Part shown: piece after piece, positions 24,254 through 37,020 of the stretch
Layout of the letters: the number at the start of each line of letters is the position of its first letter
Position numbering within the stretch: the stretch's first letter is position 1
Assembly (NCBI RefSeq): GCF_039654945.1
Contig: NW_027362015.1
Coordinates: 992,001-1,056,000, forward strand
DNA: 64,000 nt
From: Dendrobates tinctorius
Lineage: Eukaryota
Reading direction: 5' to 3'
Position numbers and translations under genes: made by a program
The notes under the pieces: generated by a model
What the model was told of the DNA's origin: nothing
Database searches by the model: none
What the model saw: only the letters and a program-made list of their open reading frames with translations

Positions 24254-26689
24254 TCATTCCCCCCTAGACACACCATATTAGCGATGGGGCCGCCGCTGAT
24301 CATTCCCCCCTAGACACACCATATTAGCGATGGGGCCGCCGCTGATCATTCCCCCCCCCCCCCGGATACACCATATTAGCGATGGGGCTGCCACTGATCA
24401 TCCCCCCTAGATACATTGTATTAACGATGGGGCCGCCGCTGTCATTCCCCCCCCCCCCCCCCTTAGATACACCACATTAGCGATGGGGCCGCCGGTGATC
24501 ATTCCCCCCTAGATACATTGTATTAGCGATGGGGCCGCCACTGATCATCCCCCCTAGATACATTGTATTAGCGATGGGGCCGCCACTGATCATCCCCCCT
24601 AGATACATTGTATTAGCGATGGGGCCGCCACTGATCATCCCCCCTAGATACATTGTATTGGCGATGGGGCCGCCACTGATCATCCCCCCTAGGTACATTG
24701 TATTGGCGATGGGGCCGCCGCTGATCATCCCCCCCAGATACATTGTATTAGCGATGGGGCCGCCGCTGATCATTCCCCCCTAGACACACCGTATTAGAGA
24801 TGGGGCCGCCGCTGATCATTCCCCCCTAGACACACCATATTAGAGATGGGGCCGCCGCTGATCATTCCCCCCTAGACACACCATATTAGCGATGGGGGCG
24901 CCGCTGATCATTCCCCCTAGACACACCATATTAGCGATGGGGGCGCCGCTGATCATTCCCCCTAGACACACCATATTAGCGATGGGGCTGCCGCTGATCA
25001 TTCCCCCTAGACACCATATTAGCGATGGGGCCACCGCTGATCATACCCCCTAGACACACCATATTAGCGATGGGGCCGCCGCTGATCATTCCCCCCCCCC
25101 CCCGGATACACCATATTAGCGATGGGGCTGCCACTGATCATCCCCCCTAGATACATTGTATTAGCGATGGGGCTGCCACTTATCATCCCCCCCTAGATAC
25201 ATTGTATTAACGATGGGGCCGCCGCTGTCATTCCCCCCCCCCCCCTAGATACACCATATTAGCGATGGGGCTGCCACTGATCATCCCCCCTAGATACATT
25301 GTATTAGCGATGGGGCCGCCACTGATCATTCCCCCCTAGATACATTGTATTAGCGATGGGGCCGCCACTGATCATCCCCCCTAGATACACCATATTAGCG
25401 ATGGGGCCGCCGGTGATCATTCCCCCCTAGATACATTGTATTAGCAATGGGGCCGCCACTGATCATTCCCCCCTAGATACATTGTATTGGCGATGGGGCC
25501 GCCACTGATCATCCCCCCTAGATACATTGTATTGGCGATGGGGCCGCCGCTGATCATCCCCCCCAGATACTTTGTATTAGCGATGGGGCTGCCACTGATC
25601 ATCCCCCCTAGATACATTGTATTAGCGATGGGGCCGCCGCTGATCATTCCCCCTAGATACATTGTATTAGCGATGGGGCCGCCGCTGATCATCCCCCCCA
25701 GATGCATTGTATTAGCGATGGGGCCGCCGCTGATCATCCCCCCCAGATACATTGTATTAGCGATGGGGCCGCCGCTGATCATCCCCCCCAGATACATTGT
25801 ACTAGCGATGGGGCCGCTGCTGATCATTTCCCCCCCAGATACATTGTATTAGCGATGGTGCCGCCGCTGATCATCCCCCCCTAGATACATTGTATTAGCG
25901 ATGGGGCTGCCACTGATCATCCCCCCTAGATACATTGTATTAGCGATGGGGCTGCCACTTATCATCCCCCCCCTAGATACATTGTATTAACGATGGGGCC
26001 GCCGCTGTCATTCCCCCCCCCCCCTTAGATACACCATATTAGCGATGGGGCCGCCGGTGATCATTCCCCCTAGATACATTGTATTAGCGATGGGGCCGCC
26101 ACTGATCATCCCCCCTAGATACATTGTATTAGCGATGGGGCCGCCACTGATCATCCCCCCTAGATACATTGTATTGGCGATGGGGCCGCCGCTGATCATC
26201 CCCCCCAGATACATTGTATTAGCGATGGGGCCGCCGCTGATCATCCCCCCCAGATGCATTGTATTAGCGATGGGGCCGCCGCTGATCATCCCCACCCAGA
26301 TACATTGTATTAGCGATGGGGCCGCCGCTGATCATCCCCCCCAGATACATTGTACTAGCGATGGGGCCGCTGCTGATCATTTCCCCCCCAGATACATTGT
26401 ATTAGCGATGGGGCTGCCACTGATCATCCCCCCCCCCCCCTTCGATACACCATATTAGCGATGGAGCTGCCACTGATCATCCCCCCCTAGATACATTGTA
26501 TGAGCAGTGGGGCTGCCACTGATCATTACCTCCTTCGTATGCCATACAAGTGATAGAGGCGCCGCTGATCTCCCTATACATGCTTTTTCTATTGATGGGA
26601 TGTACTTTCATGCTACCTATCGTGATGATGTAGGTATCGGGATCGGGGGGCATCGCTTGACTCTTCCTCACTTATTGCCTTTCTTTTAG

Positions 26690-26761
26690 GCTCCACAGAT
26701 GAGACCGAATCCAGAGACCAGAGGGAAGGATGAGTACGAGCAGGACTCCTCAGATGAAGAG
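26690..26761 (+). CDS. BOP1: BOP1 exon 3 (APQMRPNPETRGKDEYEQDSSDEE)
   Basis: TTCTTTTAG acceptor and GTAAGA donor; 72 nt. EYExDSSDEE continues into DIRNTVGN of the next exon. Confidence 0.92.
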
Positions 26762-27269
26762 GTAAGATACTGCTAGGGAGGCTGCCATGTGATTGTATGA
26801 GTCAGCGAGGAGTCTGAAGGGAGGAGTCACCAGTATGATGGGAAGTGTGGACATGGTGGAGAGAAGAGCATTAATACCGCCAATGTGACACTGATTATCT
26901 TGTGACAATGCCGTCACTCTATGGTCCTGCAGGCGAACCGCAGTGCTCTGCTCAGCACTACTGGACCAGACTCTCCAGGTAAAGTGCAGTCTCTGGTCAC
27001 TCTGTGGTTCCCCATAATCCCTTCTCAGGTGAGGGGTAAAGGAGCCCCGATCTGTGGTCACTATTTGGGTCTCCCCACTCTTTCATCTTTTTCCCTCCTC
27101 CCCTATTTTTCGTTCTGCCCTTTACACCCTCCTCCCCTATCTTGGGTCTGCCCTTTCTGTCCTTATCGTTGCATCCCCTCCTTCTTGTCCCCTGGCCCCG
27201 CTGGCCTCTTGGATCCCCTCCCCTATCCTTGGATCTCCTGTTTTCCTAAATCTTTGGGTCCCCCTATCT

Positions 27270-28500
27270 TTGCGTCACCCTGGCTCTGCTGGCCTCTGTA
27301 GGATCCCCCCCCTCTCTATCTTTGAGTCCCCAACTTTCCGCTGCTCTGGCCTCTGTGGGATCCCCCCTCTATCTTTTGGTTTCCCACTTTCCATCGCCCT
27401 GGCTCTGCTGGCCTCTGTAGGATCCCCCCTCTATCTTTTGGTCCCCCACTTTCCGTCGCTCTGGCTCTGCTGGCCTCTGTAGGTTCTCCCCCCTTTATCT
27501 TTTGGTCCCCCACTTTCCGTCACCCTGGCTCTGCTGACCTCTGTAGGAACCCCCCCCGCTTTATCTTTTGGTCCCCCACTTTCCATCGCCCTGGCTCCGC
27601 TGACCTCTGTAGGATCCCCCCTTTATCTTTTGGTCCCCCACTTTCCGTTGCCCTGACTGCTGGCCACTGTAGGGTCCCCCACTTTCGGTCGCCCTGGCTC
27701 TGCTGGCCTCTGTAGGATCCCCCCCCCTTTATCTTTTGGTCCCCCACTTTCCGTCGCCCTGGCTCTGCTGGCCTCTGTAGGATCCCCCCCCCCTTTATCT
27801 TTTGGTCCCCCACTTTCGGTCGCCCTGGCTCTGCTGGCCTCTGTAGGATCCCCCCCCCTTTATCTTTTGGTCCCCCACTTTCGGTCGCCCTGGCTCTGCT
27901 GGCCTCTGTAGGATCCCCCCCCCTTTATCTTTTGGTCCCCCACTTTCCGTCGCCCTGGCTCTGCTGGCCTTTGTAGGATCCCCCCCCCCCCTTTATCTTT
28001 TGGTCCCCCACTTTCCGTCGCCCTGGCTCTGCTGGCCTCTGTAGGATCCCCCCCCCCTTTATCTTTTGGTTCCCCCACTTTCGGTCGCCCTGGCTCTGCT
28101 GGCCTTTGTAGGATCCCCCCCCCCTTTATCTTTTGGTCCCCCACTTTCCGTCGCCCTGGCTCTGCTGGCCTCTGTAGGATCCCCCCCCCCCTTTATCTTT
28201 TGGTCCCCCACTTTCCGTCGCCCTGGCTCTGCTGGCCTCTGTAGGATCCCCCCCCCCTTTATCTTTTGGTTCCCCCACTTTCGGTCGCCCTGGCTCTGCT
28301 GGCCTCTGTAGGATCCCCCCCCCCCTTTATCTTTTGGTTCCCCCACTTTCCGTCGCCCTGGCTCTGCTGGCCTTTGTAGGATCCCCCCCCCCTTTATCTT
28401 TTGGTCCCCCACTTTCCGTCGCCCTGGCTCTGCTGGCCTCTGTAGGATCCCCCCCCCTTTATCTTTTGGTCGCCCTGGCTCTGCTGGCCTCTGTAGGATC
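27270..28500. repeat. ~60-66-bp minisatellite
   Basis: Unit CTGGCTCTGCTGGCCTCTGTAGGAT(C)nTTTATCTTTTGGTCCCCCACTTTCCGTCGCC. Confidence 0.93.
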
Positions 28501-29228
28501 CCCCTCCCCCGCGCCTTGGTTAGGAAGTTTTCAGCGGGGAGCACAATGTCTTTTCCAGCTGCTCAGGTAATGAATGAGCCCTCGGCTGCTGGCGCTGTCT
28601 CTCGCTGCCGTCTCCCCCCTCGCTGCAGAAGCTGAGTGTGACCCTGGAGGGGGGCGGAGGCGTTCGGTAGCTGCTCCTTGTGAGGTGCTCCCTCCTCTCC
28701 AGTACTTGGCAGCCCCTCGCCCCGTCCCTGCAGCTTCTAATAAAACTGGACTGAATTCTGGGCAGACTGCACATGAGCCGGACCAGCACATTAACCCTGA
28801 GGCTGCCGGCAAGGACTGAGCACTGTCTGGGGTCCTGCCCCTGTCAGCTCTGGTTAATAAGTGCCAGGACCTAATGATATGCAGCGCCACCTGCAGGAGA
28901 GGAGAAGGTACTGCAGCCAGATGGGGGTCTCCGGGTACAGAGTCCCATTACTCGCTTTCGCCCTCTGGGTGGCAGATCACTTTACATATGGAGCGATGCC
29001 AATCTCTGGACCATAGGGGGTCATCATTGCTGTTATGGACTGTCAGATCTCTGCTTGCTGTCAGTGTATGAACACTTTCTTATGACTAGTCAGGGGGGTT
29101 GGGGTCCGCCATAAGGGGTACATGGTCGCTGCTATCTGTGGTTAGGCGCCCCCATAATACTGACAGCTGCTATTATTTAGCCCTAACCCTATTAAAAGGA
29201 CCGGACCTCTTGTTTCACTACTGCAGTG

Positions 29229-29731
29229 CCCGGGGAGGAGGGTGGCGCCTCGTCACACGGCCACCCCGGAGGAGGGTGGCGCCTCATCACACGGCCACCC
29301 CGGGGGAAGGGGTGGCGCCTCGTCACACGGCCGCCCCGGGGGGGAGGGTGGCGCCTCGTCACACGGCCGCCCCGGGGGGGAGGGTGGCGCCTCGTCACAC
29401 GGCCGCCCCGGGGGAGGGGGTGGCGCCTCGTCACACGGCCGCCCCGGGGGAGGGGGTGGCGCCTCATCACACGGCCGCCCCGGGGGAGGGGGTGGCGCCT
29501 CGTCACACGGCCGCCCCGGGGGAGGGGGGTGGCGCCTCGTCACACGGCCGCCCCGGGGGAGGGGGTGGCGCCTCGTCACACGGCCGCCCCGGGGGAGGGG
29601 GTGGCGCCTCGTCACACGGCCGCCCCGGGGGAGGGGGTGGCGCCTCGTCACACGGCCGCCCCGGGGGAGGGGGTGGCGCCTCGTCACACGGCCGCCCCGG
29701 GGGAGGGGGTGGCGCCTCGTCACACGGCCGC
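29229..29731. repeat. 36-bp GC-rich minisatellite, ~14 copies
   Basis: Unit GGGGAGGGGGTGGCGCCTCGTCACACGGCCGCCCCG. Confidence 0.95.
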
Positions 29732-30519
29732 CTGTATAGTGTCAGAGGATAGGCTGAATACATTGTAACAAACCCTCTGCTGTGAGCAGCATTGGGACAG
29801 GACTTCAGCCTTCGGATACAGTAGGGGTTTCTGTTCACTGACAGATGGCGGAGCTCCTGAGCGATGAGGCCTTTGCGCAGGTGGACGGCGGCTTTCACAG
29901 GTCGCAGAGGCTTTTGCGCCGTTTTCTGTCTGTGGAATTTTCTTGCTGGTGTCCAAGGCCCGGCCCTTCATCGAGCCCCACCTACCTCAGCTCACATTGT
30001 GTGGCACACCAAACTTCCTGACCGGGGGCCACAAGCAGATGACGGGGCCCCACAGTGACGCCACCTCAGCAGTGACTGTCTAATGCCTCTCGTGATGTGA
30101 CGGGTTAATATTGGGGGCTGTTTTCCTCTGGCATTAAGGGGGTTAAAGCGTCACCTGCAGCGGGGAAAGCGGCCGTTCTTGTAAAGTGATCCGGGGGCTC
30201 AGGAAGGAGGAGAGTGGGGGGCGGATTATTGTCCCGTGGGGGGGAGATGAGGAGAGAGTGAAGTGTTCCAGAGGTGGCCGCTTCCTCCAGCCCCAGACAG
30301 GCCCGGGGGATCAGCGGCCCCCGCAGCTGCTGTCTGACACTCACCTGCTGCCAGTGCCGCCACTGAACTCTCATCTCCTTCACCTGCCTGCTTCTGGGTG
30401 TGCAGGGGTTAATTAAGGGCTGATCTGATCTGTGGAGCAGATGCCAGGCTGACCATTTACCCAGAGGTGACAGAAGATTTCAGGTTGAGTTGGCAAAAAA
30501 TTGTTTCTGATACTCATGG

Positions 30520-33500
30520 CCCTTGCCTTTCTCTGGGGGGGCTGGAGCGGGTGGCATTTTCTACCCCAGCAGCCTCTCTCCTCTCCTCTGGGGGGCCAGC
30601 ATGTGCGGCCTTTTCTGCCCTGCCAGCCTCCCTCTCCTCTATGGGGGGCCAGATCATGCAGCCCTTTTCTGCCCCATCGGCGCGCCTCTCCTCTCTTGGT
30701 GGTCGGAGCAGGTTACCTTTTTTCTGCCCTGCTGCTCACTCCTCTCAGGTTGGCCGGAGTGGGCGTCCTTTTCTGCCCCGCTGCTCACTCTCTCCTCTCT
30801 CTCCGAGGGGCTCGATTGGGCGTCCTTTTCTGCCCCGCTGCTCGCTCTCTCCTCTCAGGGTGGCCGGAGTGGGCGTCCTTTTCTGCCCCGCTGCTCACTC
30901 TCTCCTCTCAGGGTGGCCGGAGTGGGCGTCCTTTTCTGCCTCGCTGCTCGCTCTCCTCTCTGTCTCCGAGGGGCTCGATTGGGAGTCCTTTTCTGCCCTG
31001 CTGCTGGCTCTCTCCTCTCTGGGTGGCCGGAGCGGGCGTACTTTTCTGCCCCGCTGCTCTCTCTCCTCTCAGGGTGGCCGGAGTGGGCGTCCTTTTCTGC
31101 CCTGCTGCTGGCTCTCTCCTCTCTGGGTGGCCGGAGCGGGCGTACTTTTCTGCCCCGCTGCTCACTCTCTCCTCTCAGGGTGGCCGGAGTGGGCGTCCTT
31201 TTCTGCCCCGCTGCTCGCTCTCTCCTCTCTGGGGAGCCGGAGTGGGCGTCCTTTTCTGCCCTGCTGCTCACTCTCTCCTCTCAGGGTGGCCGGAGTGGGC
31301 GTCCTTTTCTGCCTCGCTGCTCGCTCTCCTCTCTCTCCGAGGGGCTCGATTGGGCGTCCTTTTCTGCCCCGCTGCTCGCTCTCTCCTCTCAGGGTGGCCG
31401 GAGTGGGCGTCCTTTTCTGCCCTGCTGCTCACTCTATCCTCTCAGGGTGGCCGGAGTGGGCGTCCTTTTCTGCCTCGCTGCTCGCTCTCCTCTCTCTCCG
31501 AGGGGCTCGATTGGGCGTCCTTTTCTGCCCCGCTGCTCGCTCGCTCCTCTCAGGGTGGCCGGAGTGGGCGTCCTTTTCTGCCTCGCTGCTCGCTCTCCTC
31601 TCTCTCCGAGGGGCTCGATTGGGCGTCCTTTTCTGCCCCGCTGCTCGCTCTCTCCTCTCAGGGTGGCCGGAGTGGGCGTCCTTTTCTGCCCTGCTGCTCA
31701 CTCTATCCTCTCAGGGTGGCCGGAGTGGGCGTCCTTTTCTGCCTCGCTGCTCGCTCTCCTCTCTCTCCGAGGGGCTCGATTGGGCGTCCTTTTCTGCCCC
31801 GCTGCTCGCTCTCTCCTCTCAGGGTGGCCGGAGTTGGCGTCCTTTTCTGCCCCGCTGCTCACTCTCTCCTCTCAGGGTGGCCGGAGTGGGCGTCCTTTTC
31901 TGCCTCGCTGCTCGCTCTCCTCTCTCTCTCCGAGGGGCTCGATTGGGCGTCCTTTTCTGCCCTGCTGCTGGCTCTCTCCTCTCTGGGTGGTCGGAGCGGG
32001 CGTACTTTTCTGCCCCGCTGCTCACTCTCTCCTCTCTGGGGGGCCGGAGTGGGCGTCCTTTTCTGCCCCGCTGCTCACTCTCTCCTCTCAGGGTGGCCGG
32101 AGTGGGCGTCCTTTTCTGCCTCGCTGCTCGCTCTCCTCTCTCTCCGAGGGGCTCGATTGGGCATCCTTTTCTGCCCCGCTGCTCGCTCTCTCCTCTCAGG
32201 GTGGCCGGAGTTGGCGTCCTTTTCTGCCCTGCTGCTGGCTCTCTCCTCTCTGGGTGGCCGGAGCCGGCGTACTTTTCTGCCCCGCTGCTCACTCTGTCCT
32301 CTCAGGGTGGCCGGAGTGGGCGTCCTTTTCTGCCCCGCTGCTCGCTCTCTCCTCTCTGGGGGGCCGGAGTGGGCGTCCTTTTCTGCCCCGCTGCTCGCTC
32401 TCTCCTCTCTGGGGGGCCGGAGTGGGCGTCCTTTTCTGCCCCGCTGCTCACTCTCTCCTCTCAGGGTGGCCGGAGTGGGCGTCCTTTTCTGCCTCGCTGC
32501 TCGCTCTCCTCTCTCTCCGAGGGGCTCGATTGGGCGTCCTTTTCTGCCCTGCTGCTGGCTCTCTCCTCTCTGGGTGGCTGGAGCGAGCGTACTTTTCTGC
32601 CCCGCTGCTCGCTCTCTCCGGGGGACCAGAGCCAGCGTCATCTGCCCCACTGGCCACTTTCTGGGTTGCCTGAGAGAGCGGCCTTTTTCTGCCCTGCTGA
32701 CCTCTCGCTCTCTCTTGCACTCCCCTCTCAGGGACGCCAGAGTGGGCGGCCTTTTCTGCCCCACCGGCCTCTTGCTCTCTCGCCTCTGGTGTCCGTAGCG
32801 GGCGGCCTTTTTCTGCTGCACCAGCCTCTTGCTTGCTCTCTTGCACTCTCCTCTCTGGGGGGCTGGATTGGGTGGCCTTTTCTGCCCGGCCGGCCTCTCA
32901 CTCTATTCTGTAGGGCCGGCATGGGTGGCCTTTTCTGCCCCGCCGGTCTCTCTCTGAGGGACTTGGAGCGGGTGTTCTTTCCAGTCTCTCTCTGGGGGGC
33001 CGGAGCAGGTGGCCTTTTCTGCCCTGCTGACTTCTGTCTGGGGGGCTGCAGCGGTCGCCTTTTTTGCCTTGCCGACCTCTTTTTCGAGCTGTCTCTGGAG
33101 GACCACAGTGGGATGCCTTTTCTGCCCTTGCAGCCTCTCGCTTTCTCCTCTCTGGGGTGCCGGAGTAGGCAACCTTTTGTGCCCCGCCGGCCTCTTGCTC
33201 ACTCCTCTGGGGGGCCGGAGCGGGCGGCCTTTTCTGCCCCGCCGACCACTCTCTGGGGAGACGGAGCGTGTGACCTTCTCTGCGCAGCCGGCCTCTCGCT
33301 CGCTCTCTTGCACTCTCCTCTCTGGGGGTTTGGAGCGGGCGGCCTTTTGTGCCCCGCTGGCCTCTCGCTCACTCTTTCCTCTGGGGAGCCAGAGCGGGCA
33401 GCATTTTCTGCCCCGAGAGAGTCTAGTTCTCTCTTCACTGGGGGCCAGAGCGGGCAGCATTTTCTGTCCCGAAAGAGTCTAGTTCTCCTCTGGGGGGCCC

Positions 33501-34400
33501 AAGCGGGCTGCCTTTTCTGCCCCTCCGGCCTCTCTCTGGGGGGACGGAGTGTGTGACCTTTTCTGTCCCGCCGGCCTCTCGCTCACTCTATCCTCTCTAG
33601 GGGGCCAGAGCAGGCAGCTTTTTCTGATCCGACAGCCTCTCGTTCGCTCTACTCTGGGGGGCCAGAGCAGGTGGCCTTTTCTGCCCCGAGAGAGTCTAGT
33701 TCTCCTCTGGGGGGAGGGGGGCAGAGCGGGTGGCCTTTTCTGTCCCGCCGGCCTCTCGCTCACTCTATCCTCTCTGGGGGGGCTAGAGCAGGCAGCATTT
33801 TCTGATCCGCCAGCCTCTCCTCTCTTCTCTGGGGGGCCAGAGTGGGCGGCCTTTTCTGCCCCGCCAGCCTCTCTGGGGGGGCCAGAGCGGGCGGCCTTTT
33901 CTGCCCCGCCAGCCTCTTTGGGGGGGCCGGAGCGTGTGGCCTTTTTTGCCCCGCCGGCCTCTCGCTCACTCTATCCTCTCTGGGGGGGCATAGCAGGCAG
34001 CATTTTCTGATCCGCCAGCCTCTCCTCCCTTCTTTGGGGGGCTAGAGCGGGCGGCCTTTTCTACCCCACCAGCCTTTCTCTGGGGGGGCCAGAGCGGGCG
34101 GCCTTTTCTGCCCCGCCAGCCTCTTTGGGGGGGCCGGAGCGTGTGGCCTTTTTTGCCCCGCCGGCCTCTCGCTCACTCTATCCTCTCTGGGGGGGCATAG
34201 CAGGCAGCATTTTGTGATCCGGCAGCCTCTCGTTCTCCCTTCTTTGGGGGGCTAGAGCGGGCGGCCTTTTCTACCCCACCAGCCTTTCTCTGGGGGGCCG
34301 GAGCGTGTGGCCTTTTCTGCGCAGCCAGCCTCTCGCTCGCTCTCTTGCACTCTCCTCTCTGGGGGCCGGAACGGGCGGCCTTTTCTGCCCCGCCGGCCTC
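30520..34400. repeat. ~53-bp minisatellite with homogeneous core and degenerate flanks
   Basis: Unit TTTTCTGCCCCGCTGCTCACTCTCTCCTCTCAGGGTGGCCGGAGTGGGCGTCC. Confidence 0.92.
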
Positions 34401-35189
34401 TCTGCGTTATCAGTTGCTCGGGGGTTAATCGCCTCTGTGCCCCTGGGATGACATCATGCAGCATTAACCCCTCCATGCCCGGGTGGTCACCGCTCTGAGA
34501 TGCCTGTTTGGCCCCGCTCCGGGGTGGAATGATGAGATTCCTGCCAAACCCCAGCGGATCTGAGGGAGTTTTTCCTATAACCCATCTCCTCCGAAACTAA
34601 ACACCCCGAGACATTAACCCCTGCCGCTCTGCACAGCTAGTGAGGCTGCTGCAGCTGTACACCAGGAGCTCTCATGTGCCCCGTAGTGGGAGGAGTCTCA
34701 TGTCAGTGTTGCCCTTTGTCAGAGTAGTTGTTATTGGGGCTAATGTGTGGCTTCACTACCTGTCACTCATTTTATTGGGTCATTGCCCCTTAAAAGGTCC
34801 CCCTCAGCACAGAGCGCTGTTCACACCCAGTCCAAGCGCTGTGTGCACAGTGGTCGTCTCCTCCATCTCTTGACGCCTGTGGCTCTATGAAGGCAGAGCT
34901 GTCAGTCACAGGAGAGAGGGCGGAGCTAGAGGGCACCAAGCTGATGGGGATGAGCCCGATTCAGGAGCGCCCAGACTTGTCAGCACCGAACGACAGTTCA
35001 CACAGCGTCCCTCTATTACCCTAGTGTGGGCAGACCCACCATCCTCCCCACCCACATTACTCGGGAGGAGGAGGATATCATTCTCTTCCTGCTACACACA
35101 TGATGGGAGGTACAAGTACAAGAGCCAGACTTCCCTCGATACCACATTCATGAATGATCCTTGGTTCCTAAGGTTGCACCTCCTCGCTC

Positions 35190-36430
35190 CTCCCACATAT
35201 CTGTCTGAGGGGATCCCTGGGCCGTCCCTCCTTTGACCCCATATGTGCCTGTGGATAGTAGGGGGTCCTCAGGTCGCACGTACCTCCTCCCATATATGCC
35301 TGTAGGGAGATTATCAAACTGCACCCTTATTTTCCCTCCTGTGGGGGTCCTTGGTTGGCAAATTCCACCCCTTCATCTTCATATGTGCCTGTGGAGGATC
35401 CCCATGCTGATCCCCTGCTCCTTTATCTGCCTGGAGGGGAATCCTCGGGTTGCCCCCTTTGCCTTCATATGTGCCTGTGTGGGGTATAGTCAGGTTGCCC
35501 CCTTATCTGCCTGGGTGGATCCCCAGGCTTCCCCTTTATCTGCCTGTGGGGGAAGCCTCGGGCTACCCCCTTCACATGTGCATGTGGGGGATCCCCAGGT
35601 TGCCCCCTTATCTGCCTGGGGGTGATCCTCGGGCCACCCCTTCACCTCCCATATGTGCCTGTGGGGGTTCCCTAGGCTGCCCCCTGCCCTCTTATCTGCC
35701 TGGGGGGAATCCTCGGGTTGCCCAATTCACCTTCATATGTGCCTGTGGGGTATCGATTAGTTTGCCCCCTTATCTGCCTGGGCGGGTCCTTGGGCCACCC
35801 CCTATATGTGCCTGTGGGGGATCCCTAGGCTGCCCCCTGCCCTCTTATCTGCCAGGGGGGAATCCTCGGGTTGCCCCTTCACCTTCATATGTGCCTGTGG
35901 GGTATCGTCAGGTTGCCCCCTTATCTGCCTGGGCGGAGCCTCGGGCCACCCCCTTCACCCCTATATGTGCCCGTGGGGGATCCCCAGGCTGCTCCCCTGC
36001 CCCCTTATCTGCCTTGGGGGGGAATCTTTGGGCTGCCCCATCACCCTTATATGTGCATAGGGAACCCCAGGCTGCCCCCTTATCTGCCTGGGTGGATCCT
36101 CGGTTTGCCTCCTCCACCCACATATCGGCCTGGGGGCGATCCTCGGGCTGCCCCCTTGAACCCTGGCTGCCCCATGTATGCCTGTGGGAGATCCCCAGGC
36201 TGCCCCCTTATCTGCATGTGAGGTGGATCCTTGGATGTCGCCTCCTCCCCCCCCCCCCCCCCCTTAACTGCCTGTGGCGGGGCGGGATCCTCTGGGTAGC
36301 TCCCACCCTCCCTCTCTCATATCTAGCAGTGGGCAAAAAGGGTGCCCTCGATTCTCAAGTCCTCCCCCCCCCCATTTTTTGCCTGTGGGTATCCTCGGGC
36401 CGCCCCCATATCTGCATGTAGGGGGTCCTC
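35190..36430. repeat. Degenerate ~30-40-bp tandem repeat
   Basis: Recurrent CCCCTTATCTGCCTGGG and ATATGTGCCTGTGGGG motifs. Confidence 0.8.
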
Positions 36431-36475
36431 CGCTGTGACACAGACCGCATCGGTCGTATAAATAGACAACATCTC

Positions 36476-36481
36476 TTTATT
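36476..36481 (-). terminator. Probable SCX polyadenylation signal AATAAA
   Basis: AATAAA on the minus strand ~380 nt after the SCX stop, just before repeat DNA begins. Confidence 0.6.
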
Positions 36482-36857
36482 GAGGCAATGGACAGTACAC
36501 CAGTCCTAAAGTCTGGTATGGGCCACAGCGCGGGCCGCGGGTCTCCGAACAGTGACCCTCCAGGATTATCGGGCGGTAGGATGAGTGTTCTGTGGTGACC
36601 ACCATAGAGCGCAACCATTGGTCTTGTCCACGGCTGACATTTGCCACTTGGTGGCCTGTGTGCAACCCCCACTGCCTTCCACAGGCTCCTCCTTCCAAGA
36701 TGGAACCCTCGGAAAGGAGGCTCGGCATCTCATCTGTTGATCCCTGGATTTGGGATGCATCTGCCCCGTTCTTCTTGGATGTGTTGTCCTGGCTCACTGC
36801 TCTCATCCACTGTGAATTCAGGGAGTCACCGGGGGTCCTTGCCCCCCACAGCCTTCA

Positions 36858-36896
36858 TTAGGTTCTGATCGTAGTCTTCCTCTCTCGATCTTTTCC
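36858..36896 (-). CDS. SCX: Scleraxis coding exon 2 (GKDRERKTTIRT*)
   Basis: CTCTCTTTAG acceptor in phase 0. Matches the known SCX C-terminus (SKDRDRKTAIRS). Total protein 180 aa. Confidence 0.92.
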   Translation of the reverse strand, partial: GKDRERKTTIRT

Positions 36897-37020
36897 CTAA
36901 AGAGAGAATGAAGGAAAGCGTTAACCTGGAAAGACCCCAGTGACTAGCTCCCCTGTGCACCCCCTGGAGTGGCATCAAAGTTGCACTGATGGGTGCGCTT
37001 TGTTTTATGCGGGATATATA

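Larger units (their letters stand above)
17223..26530. repeat. 45-bp minisatellite array, interrupted by Tc1 and CR1
   Basis: Unit TATTAGCGATGGGGCCGCCGCTGATCATTCCCCCTAGA(CACACCA/TACATTG). Confidence 0.95.

Noticed and set aside
30467-33556. 1029-aa ORF and overlapping ORFs (likewise ORFs at 4049, 14304, 18166, 39114, 58558)
   Set aside because: Tandem-repeat translations with no domain content.
34530-34563. C box (ATGATGA) and D box (CTGA) suggesting an intronic snoRNA
   Set aside because: Only ~34 nt apart, too short, with no terminal stem.
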